NCBI GenBank assembly: GCA_907165135.1
Contig: OU015569.1
Coordinates: forward strand, 10,168,001-10,201,000
DNA length: 33,000 nt
Direction of reading: 5' to 3'
Source of the DNA: Oikopleura dioica
Taxonomy: Eukaryota > Animalia > Chordata
Shown here: positions 24,243 through 33,000 of the stretch, one piece after another
Layout of the letters: the number at the start of each line of letters is the position of its first letter
Numbering within the stretch: the stretch's first letter is position 1
The notes under the pieces: generated by a model
What the model was told of the DNA's origin: nothing
Database searches by the model: none
Seen by the model: the letters and a program-made list of their open reading frames with translations, nothing else
Position numbers and translations under genes: made by a program

Positions 24243-27200
24243 ATGAGCCCGCCTAGACGCCTCCTAGTGTGCCTTGTTCCTCTTCTCCCCCTTGTGAGGG
24301 TTTGTGTCTGACTTCACGGAGAATTGTGTGCCTAGACCTTAGGGCTCTTCATCTGTGAAACGAAAAACGAAAAATCAGAGAAACAGAAGAAGAATAAAAG
24401 ATCTACTCGTCAAGGAATGATTCTACTTGAGTTAAAAAGAATCGTCTTTCTCATTTCCTTTGGATTTATCTTTCCGTCGTGTGTTTGTGGAAGCGCTTCC
24501 TGTGGAAAGGCGGTACGTTTCTTGTATACATATACAGTGGTGAATCCTCGATTGGGAAGGACGCGCTGAATCCTCGATTGGGAAGCGGCAGCGCATATAG
24601 CAAGCCAATCTCTAGAGAAGTGCGGTGCGGACCGAATCCTCGATTGGGAAGCGGCAACTCAAAGTGACCTTCCCAATCGAGGATTCACCACTGTAAATGA
24701 GAGATTTTATTTGCATCGACTTTTGAGAGAATAGAAGGTTTACTCTAGATATCCGACGGCATCTATGACTTCGAAGAACCAGACAAACTCACCAATACTG
24801 GGAAGAGACTTGATGCCGACGCGGACAACGGGTAATGTGCTATAATATCCTATAGTACTATTAGAGATTTTACTATGGGAGAGTGTCCTTTTTTGTCATT
24901 GAAAACCACGAAAGTTTGATTTTGCGTCATTTCTCATAAAACGAGCGAACTTTTCATCACAACACTCGCTCCCACGCTTCCCGCTGTTAGATTCGACAAG
25001 AGTCGATTTGTTCTATTTTCAACTAATCTCTCGGACTCTTCTAATCATGAGGAGTTTAGATAAAACGAAAATAAAAATTTTGAAGGTTCTTCAAGGAAAA
25101 TGGACAGTATGTTAACCCCGTGGGAAATTCCAGTACGGCGGCAGCGGGCATGGTCCTTGACGCCTTCGAATGTCTGATGGATGAAGCGCTTCCTAAATCC
25201 TTTCCGTGGCACGTGGCAATTTATAGTATCAAGACAAGGTTTCTTCTTTCCAAAAAACTTTATAAATTAAGATGACTGGAACTAGATCAAGAAAAGTTCA
25301 TTTACCGCTTCGCAGCATATGAGTATACTCATTGCGTCTGGAAGGCCATGAAAAGGACATACCAGTTATTTACGTCTATGACGGGATTTGACGCGAGAAA
25401 AGGCCGCATATTAATGAACATGGAATTGATTGGAATAAGCATAAATGCATCTTTATGGGTTTCGAGGCAAAAGAAAACCAATTTAAGAAACAGTTAATCA
25501 TGTGCTCCGGTGTACTGATCCATCCGAAATGGATTCTTACGAGGTACTTAAATGGTCGAAGAAAAATAATGACGGAGAATCTAGTTCATTTATAACTAAG
25601 TTCTTTTGAAATATAAAATCATGTGAAAGTAGAAATTCAGCGGGTCGTGCCTTATGCGCAAGATTGTGATCCTTGGAGGCGTGACGGACATTCAAAGACT
25701 CAAGCACAAGCTGAACACTGGAGAAGCGCAGCGCAGATTCCCGCTCTGGAGTGGTCGCCATAGCCGGAAAGAGGACAAAGGTGCTTATCGCCCGCCACAG
25801 CACGAAGAAAGGGCCAAGTTCAAGCACAACATTGCATTGATAAGGGATGAAAAGACGTCAGATACTACAGTTCTCGCGTCATTTGAACTTTTTTTATCCC
25901 TTGCCAGATCGAGCTGGACGAACCTTTTGAAGAAAACGAATATGTCAAGGAAGAGTTAATTATAACGCTCAAAATAAAAATAGCATCTTATCGAAGCTCT
26001 AAATCAATAGACACAATTTCTTAACTCGCCTCTTAGCCAATCTGCTTACCAGAGCGTTCTTTCGATCTTGACGTTGGGACCACCTGCGTTGTGACAGGAT
26101 ACAAGAGCAAGCCCACCATCACCACCATCTTCTCGAGTCTGATGCATCAAATCTCTTCCGTCAGGCCCCTGGATGTCTGCAATGGCTACACCTACGAAAA
26201 CGGGCCCACGAAAATGCAGAGCGATCGGCGAGCAATTGACGGAACAATGTGTGTTTCTGCTGGATGCGTTTGCATGCGAAACGGAATGCCTTTCGGTACA
26301 TCCTTCTTTCGAATACTTTCAATAACAAATTTAGTCTGCACGGTTGAAAACACCGACGGTTCGGTTCAATACGTCTTGTCAGGAATAAAAATAAGCGACG
26401 GAAAGAATACGAAGCGACAGACAAATCTAAGACGACTGAAAGACTCTGCGTGCGGCCGATGGCCAAGACTCTTTGTCCCTGTTGCTCCGTATGTCGACTG
26501 GATTCACTCGGTAATTGACGGAACGTTTCGCTACTCGCCAAAAAGTGATGCCTCAAGCGATCTTGACGAGCAAGAGCAAAGAGAATTTTTCAACTCGGAC
26601 AGCTACGACCAGGTGGACGACTATGACATAAACAACAGTCCGATCGAAGAAATGGACGACAAACAGCGTAATCCGCAACGTTCAGAAACGCTACGACACC
26701 AAGAGGTTCTAATGCAGCGAAAAACTAGTTTGTTTTTATTGTTGCTGACAAGCACAAGTGCTTTCTCGCAAGAAGTGTCTCAAAAAGAAAATTGCCTGTT
26801 AAAATAGATACTGGAGGCTCGAATATTGATGAATTAATGAAAAACGATTGCTGTAAGCAGTTTTTCAAAGTTTCTTATTACCAAAATTAACCTAATTATC
26901 ATCTCGATTGAAGTTCATCGCTTTTTAGGTTTTGCTTCCGCAATCGACCGGAATCTACAGTCACCATTCGGCACTCACTGAGGAAGACAGGCAGCTGCTT
27001 GAGCTAGTAAAGAAAATGAACCAGGAGAAAGTAGTCTCGAAGGGATGCTTGGACGACAACGACCCGATCGGGTTCAATTATCGTGGAGGAGCCAATTTCA
27101 TCAATGCAGGTAAGTTTTTCTAAAAAAAGCGCAGTCGCGATGAAGAAATATTACAGGAATTCCTTGCATGGACTGGTCTGAAACACGCTTCAAGAAAGAA

Positions 27201-27338
27201 AAACACCCAAACAAGGGTTTAGACGCCAACTATTGTCGAAATCCAGACCGTGATCCCAAAGGACCTTGGTGCGTTTACTGGGCGCCGGTCGAGCTCAAGA
27301 AGAAATTCGGCTACTGCGATATTCCCAAGTGCAGTTAA
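24243..27338 (+). CDS. Secreted inactive trypsin-like serine protease homolog with C-terminal kringle
   Basis: Signal peptide MSPPRRLLVCLVPLLPLVR; S1 motifs SFPWHVAI, CSGVLIHPKWILTSGSC, HNIALI, KPICLP, CVVTGY, YVDWI; kringle NYRG...PCMDW...NYCRNPD.DPKGPWC...YCDIPKC. Confidence 0.85.
24535..24693. mobile_element. 159-bp Tc1/mariner-type MITE in an intron
   Basis: TA|CAGTGGTGAATCCTCGATTGGGAAGG ... CCTTCCCAATCGAGGATTCACCACTG|TA; perfect 26-bp TIR plus internal copies of GAATCCTCGATTGGGAAG. Confidence 0.93.
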
Positions 27339-28807
27339 CTTCTATCTTAAACACGTTGAAACTCAAGCGCTGGAATTCATTCATTCATCGACCCGAAAAA
27401 AAAAACAAGAAACATGTAAATTCTCCTCGTTATGAATAAATAAAATAAAAGCAAAAATTCTCTTCCAAAAATACTTTTGAAATGTTTTATTGGGATTAAA
27501 TCAATCGTTTTACGTTTGTAATGGAGGGCACTCGATCGAGAAAACGTTTGTATACAATTGTTATGACAAGCTCAAAACACTGGCTCCGGGTGGCTTGTAC
27601 GATGCGGTTAACGTAGACGTTAACTGCTTCTGAAAGGTTGGCACCACCTTTCTAGTCTTTTTTTATGAAAAAAAGCGCGGTAAACCTCACTGGATGCTTA
27701 AAAATGCACGTTACCGGTGGGTTTGTTACCATAAAAATAGAAATTACGACCGCCGCCTTTATTATCACCAACAACATAATCTGCGGAATTCCGACACCCT
27801 TAGGGCTCTTCAGTTTGTCAGCACTTTTGTTTTTTTTTTAAATAGCCGAGTAAAACAAAAAACACCAACATTCAAAAATCGGGCGGTTAATCGCATTTTT
27901 GCAAAAATTTTCCAGTAAGCTACTAATTTACATGAATAATCTGGCGAAGCAAAAGCATAAAAAACACTCGTTATTTTTACTTCAGTCATTTTATTGGGGC
28001 CACAAACAACAATATAGAAAAACAGTACTTTAAATACTGTAGCTTAACAATCTTAACCTACAGTATTTGGACTATATCATATAGTCTATATGCCTTCTTA
28101 GCCAATTCAGTATTTTTGCTTTCTTTTTACATTTGGAAAAAGGCTCGGTCAGCGGTAGAGATTTAGAAGTTGTTGGTATCGGACATTAATAGTTTTAGTG
28201 CGAGCCTAAAGGCATACTATTGTGATCTTGTTTTAAACGTAAATATATTCGAGTCGCTGCTCAACAAGACGAATGCCATGGTAAAGCGTCGTGCACGGAA
28301 CCCAGGCTCTGAAAAAAATCTAGCGCTCGAGTACAGCGCCGCGCCACCATCCTCGTTCTTTTTTTTTCGTGAAGCCGGTACTCCGCCGCTAGCGAGCAAA
28401 AAACGAAAAATAATAAAAGAAATTCATCCTTATTTATTAATCACATGTGGTGTTTATGACATATGAACGTGAGCAAAACAGAAAGAGATATTCAATAACC
28501 GACGAGATAAGAGATTCGAGAGCATTCCCAAATTCAACGCAAATACAAGAAAAATTTTCAAAAGAAGGTAGCGACAAACGCATGGTAAAAATCCATCGAC
28601 AAGCTAATAGTTCTAAATTACTAATAATTACAAAAAAGAGAAACGGAATTGAAAATTCTGCCACTTTGTAGAACGCACTTATTTCGAAAATCTTGTCAAG
28701 CTAATTGCGTTTTCTCTTATTAAGACGCTCACGAATTTTTTTACATCTCAGAAATCAGAAGTATGATCTGACAGAGAATTCAGGCAGCAGCGCAGTTTAA
28801 CTGCAAA

Positions 28808-31004
28808 ATGTGTACGATTTCCTTTCATCCCCGCTTCGCCAGTTTGTTCGGCCGCTTAATCCGCGGTATTCTGCAATATGGCTGGATTCCAGGTATTTTC
28901 ATGATAAAATTTACAAGTTAGAAGTAACTTGCTTTGTATAGTAGCTCGAATAATCGTAGCTCAATTAATTTGCCCGGTTTGATTGGGATAATGGACTAAA
29001 CTTTATCCACCTAATTTTGAGTAAACTGACTCACTATTTATGCAACATAATTACACGAACATCAATTAAAATAAAACGAAACTCCGGAAGAACTTCATTG
29101 AAATGTCTATCATTAACAGTTCCCGACTTTTTGATTAGCTATGCTGTTTATCTACATGTCGCCACCTCAAAACGCCGTGATTGTCGAACGAAGCGAGCCG
29201 CTAGCAACGGAAAGCAGCAAGCTCAAATTCCAGAGTGCAGGAAAGATCTGAATTTTGCGATCGGCAAAGAATATTATTCAACCGCAAACAGAATTTCACT
29301 CGCGGTCGCCCACTATTGCCCAGATATTAAATGATTCTTATCAAGTACGTGCGCAAGGGGTTAGATTAAATAGTCTAAAAATTTTCAATCTTCAAGAAAA
29401 ATTAAGCGCAGAAAATTAAGGGAAAATTAAGTCAACTCACTTTAACAAGTTCTACTCCCGAAAATCGTTGAATTCCTTATTGCCTTACTCGATTTAAGAT
29501 AAATCTTTAATTCGTGTAAGGAGAGAAAAAACACGCCGTAAAGCGACCGCGTGGGAGGCACGTTAGCGGTCGACAAATTCCATAAAAAAGCATGTATTCA
29601 ATCTCGATTAAAGAGGCTCTCCATGTCGCTGCATCAAACATTGAAACAACTGTTGCGTCTGAAATTGCGTCGCCGGTTGAGCCTAAAAGCAACGATGCTA
29701 GTAATTACGCGGCATCGGCGGATTTCGCGGCCGAGAAGGCAAAATTAGATCAGAACTACGGACGCGCTCTGGGACAGCTCCCTCCACTAGGCACGTGTTG
29801 GAAATATCACATTTGAGCTTCTCAAAACAAAAAAAAATAATTTTTTTTAACTCGTTATTAAAAGATTCTCCTCCCATTTCGACCAACTTTGTCTTCCACA
29901 ACAAAATGCCTAAATCCGGATCAACTACGATGAAACACATCCTAAGGAGAGATTTTCAAAAGCAAACATCTAATTTTGAAGAAATTTGCTTTTAAAAATG
30001 CTTCTAAAGCGTTTTGTCGAAGGAAAATAACTTTATCCTCGATCACCAACGGCTTTGTATCTCGGACGATTGCTCAGCTGGTGCTGATGACGGAGCTAAC
30101 GGAATCAAAATGGTGAAAGAGCATTTAATTGAGAAGCGGGCGGCTAATCCCAACTCAAAATACTTGTTCCTCAAACATCATCACTGGCTTAACATGACCG
30201 AGCTGGGTCTGGAGAAAGCCACTTTCATTAATGTCGTTCGCGATCCAATTACTCGATTCGCTTCTAGGTAAGTCATTATCCTTTCCGACTACTAGTCCAA
30301 TAGAAGCTTCTTTAAGATACTACTTTAATCGTTTCGGCTGGGGACTGAGTTCTGGAGCTCGCCGACAAACGTGGAAAAACGACCAAGAAAAAGACCAGAC
30401 TCTGGATGAGTGCGTTGCTAATGGATCAGAAGAGTGCATTGAATCGCTACAGGTTCAAGTTTAATTACTAAATCTGTCTAACTGTGACCTACAAGGTGAT
30501 GGTGCAGTATTTCTGTGGCACTGACGCCGCTTGTGGGACAAAAGAAGGCGATGGCATGGAACACGATGCTGGGGAAGTGAAGAGAACCGACTGGCAAAAG
30601 ACTTCAAGAGCCACCGAAAAGGCCAAACAAAACATTCTCAAGGATTACTACATGATCGGCGTCTTAGGTTTCTTAATGTTGAGCTTGTAACGGAAAATAA
30701 CTATCACTAGAGCATTTTAACGAAACGTTGGACTTATTCGACAAGATGCTTCCCGAGTTTTTCCGCGGGGCAAGAGCAGCATCTCAAAGCGAACGTAAGA
30801 GAATATGTTTGTTTTAAATAATCACACATCCCTTCAGAGGTGCTAAGCAAACGAGAATCTTCCAAGACGGCGCATAACGCTGGCTTCTCCAACCAAACAC
30901 GATTAGCACTTGAGAAAGGACTCCTCCGCTACGAAATGGATCTTTACAACCTCTGCAAGGCAATTTTCTACCGGAGGCTCAAGTTCCATGGAATCGAGCT
31001 CTAG
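28808..31004 (+). CDS. Uronyl/heparan sulfate 2-O-sulfotransferase family (UST/HS2ST-like)
   Basis: 5'-PSB FHNKMPKSGSTT, 3'-PB INVVRDPITRFASRYYFNRFG, LDECV, QYFCG, AKQNILKDYYMIGVLE, LPEFF, YEMDLY. The N-terminal exons (28808-28892, 29139-29240) are less certain. Confidence 0.88.
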
Positions 31005-31332
31005 AGACCCTTTACTATGAAATTTTGCAACTATGCTTCACTCAAGTTAGTGTAGTGTTCTTTCCATTGCACAGTTAGTATATAATAACCAATATAAATA
31101 TGCCTATCACAAATATTATAAAGACAATAAAATGTTCTTCAAATACAAACGTTTCAATTATCTCAGAATTGACAAGTTTGCAGGAAAATATAAAAAATAA
31201 AATTTATTGGGTTAAATATAAAAATACGAGTCATTTGAACTGTATGTTATCTGGGCACACTTCAAAATCGAGTCGAAATAAATACAAAGATAGAACTAGT
31301 CCTAGTGAGATCTTGAAACGAGCAGCGATCTT

Positions 31333-32450
31333 CTATGAAGATTCTTCATTGAGAGATGGGATGATTTCGTCTTCATCGTGGATTTTTCTGAACGAGCATT
31401 TTGCTAAGTCGTTTTTTTTGGAAATCAACAACGAGTATTCAGAATACTGTTTTCTAAAGCAACCCGAAAATAAATGCCTTGCCTTTCAATAACTGGTTCG
31501 TCGGAAGACTGCTCAGAGCTTTCTTCTTCGTCCTTCATTTTGCTCAAGTCAGCGTGAGTCTTCTTTCTCTCAAGAACGATTTGTCTGCGTTCTTCCATCA
31601 TCAGAGTTTTTTCACGCTTGAGACGGAATTGTTCCTGAAGAAATTATAAGGACTGAGGTCAGTTGAGCAATCCACGTTTATTTTCATCATTTAAACGTAC
31701 CTCTCTTCGTTTGGCTGCAGCCTCCTTCTCTTTTTCGATATCTTCGAGGTTCTTGATCGGCTTCTTTTGAATTGGTGGGAGCTTGGAAGGAAGGCGAACA
31801 GGAGAGTTGTCCCCAATCGTGTAGGAGAAAGCTGTGCTTGTCACTTTTGGCTCCTTGATTTGTCTCATTCAGGTTTTATCGAAGAACACCGAAAAAAGGT
31901 CATTTTTGTTCAATTTCTAAACCTTGCCTTTCTTGCTCGAGTTGTTCAAGAACTTTTCCCATTCGGACAGTTTTAGCTATAAAATTAGTCTTAGAAAAAA
32001 ATACGTGCAGATGGAGGAATTTTTGGAAACACTTACTTGCTGTTTCGTCGACTTTTCTGCCGGCGATGCAGAAGTCCGGCGTCTCCGGCCGAGAAGCGTT
32101 TTCGATCTGCGCTCTGGTCATTTCGTCGCCGAAGTCTTCCGTGATGATCTGAGTGACGGATTCGTCGTCTGAGACGTCTCCGGCGACGCTCTCTTGGGGG
32201 CACCCGGAGTCCTTGCTCGACACCTATTTATTTAAGTCAATCAAGCACTTCTTGCGTTGCCCGAGAAACAATCATTAAAAAATGTTACCTTGGAGGCTTT
32301 GGAGACAGCGGAGTAAACCTTGGTCGATTCTGAACGAGCAGAAACAAGGGGACTTTGCGTGGAGAGATTTTCTTCAATCTTCTTCGAAAATCTTGGAGTC
32401 TCCTCTGGCTCGATGGCATTCTTAGCCGAGAAGCAGCAACCAAAAGGCAT
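31333..32450 (-). CDS. Stathmin-domain protein, STMND1-like, with an acylation-type N-terminus
   Basis: MPFGCCFS start; AFSYTIGDNSPVRLPSKLPPIQKKPIKNLEDIEKEKEAAAKRRE resembles the stathmin motif (AFE.I...EEIQKKLEAAEERRK); multi-exon. Confidence 0.6.
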
Positions 32451-33000
32451 TCTAAACTCGGATTTCGTTTTTTTCTCTCGCCCGCAAAAGCAGTTCCAGG
32501 AAACTGCCCGTCCAAGCCAAAACAAAACAAACACAAGGGGTGATTCTCGAAAAAAATCACCTTCACTTCGAAAACAGCGCGGAAATACAAGCAGAATCGA
32601 CAATAGCCCGAGCGAGTGCCTCTTCAAAGCAAAAATAAGAATAGTAAAGCGAAAGCGCCCTCGTTCAATTTCGAAGCCTATTCAGAAACGCGCCGCCGGC
32701 AAGTACATCCCTGGGAGCGAGGTGAACGAGCGCGAGATTTATTCAGATTTCCAAATAAAGAGCAGCGAAGAGATGTGACATTTTGATGAAGCTCTCGAAT
32801 AAACTGATCCCAAGTCCACTTGACATTGAAATCAACTCAAACGCAACGTCTCTTTCTTACCAGTATTTCAACCCGATTCAATCGACCCTGCAAAACTATA
32901 GAAATCTCTTTGTTTACTGCAGTAATTACGAGTTTACGAATGTTACTGCGTGTTTGGATGCGTGAATGGAGAAAATTGCCCTGTGGCGCGGTCTAGGCGA

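Noticed and set aside
24200-24350. GC-rich island as a structured ncRNA
   Set aside because: Explained by a strong-context ATG and the signal-peptide exon of the protease homolog; no ncRNA motifs recognised.
27608-28090. Small palindromes (gttaacgt-ag-acgttaac; aaatactgtag...ctacagtattt; gactata-tca-tatagtc)
   Set aside because: Short and AT-rich with no TSD; compatible with chance or decayed repeats.

Overview
Compact, gene-dense eukaryotic DNA with very short introns (about 40-60 nt), several apparent non-canonical GA-AG/GC-AG introns and AG acceptors right before some start codons. This style points to the tunicate Oikopleura dioica or a close relative (inferred, not database-checked). 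Recognisable genes: metaxin-2, NFAT5, a SETD4-like SET methyltransferase, ACTR6/ARP6, a C3HC4 RING protein with an acidic tail, a catalytically dead trypsin-like protein with a C-terminal kringle, a UST/HS2ST-family sulfotransferase and a stathmin-domain (STMND1-like) protein, plus several orphan genes. Four non-autonomous TIR elements of three types are present: two with TTAA target sites, one TA/Tc1-like, and one with a 10-bp target duplication. The most notable hidden feature is a multi-exon minus-strand gene (about 6105/6435-9202). It assembles into signal peptide + Cys-containing ectodomain + TM + a kinase-like domain collinear with TGF-beta/activin receptor kinases but lacking the catalytic motifs, i.e. 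a candidate receptor pseudokinase. All exon structures were assembled by eye.
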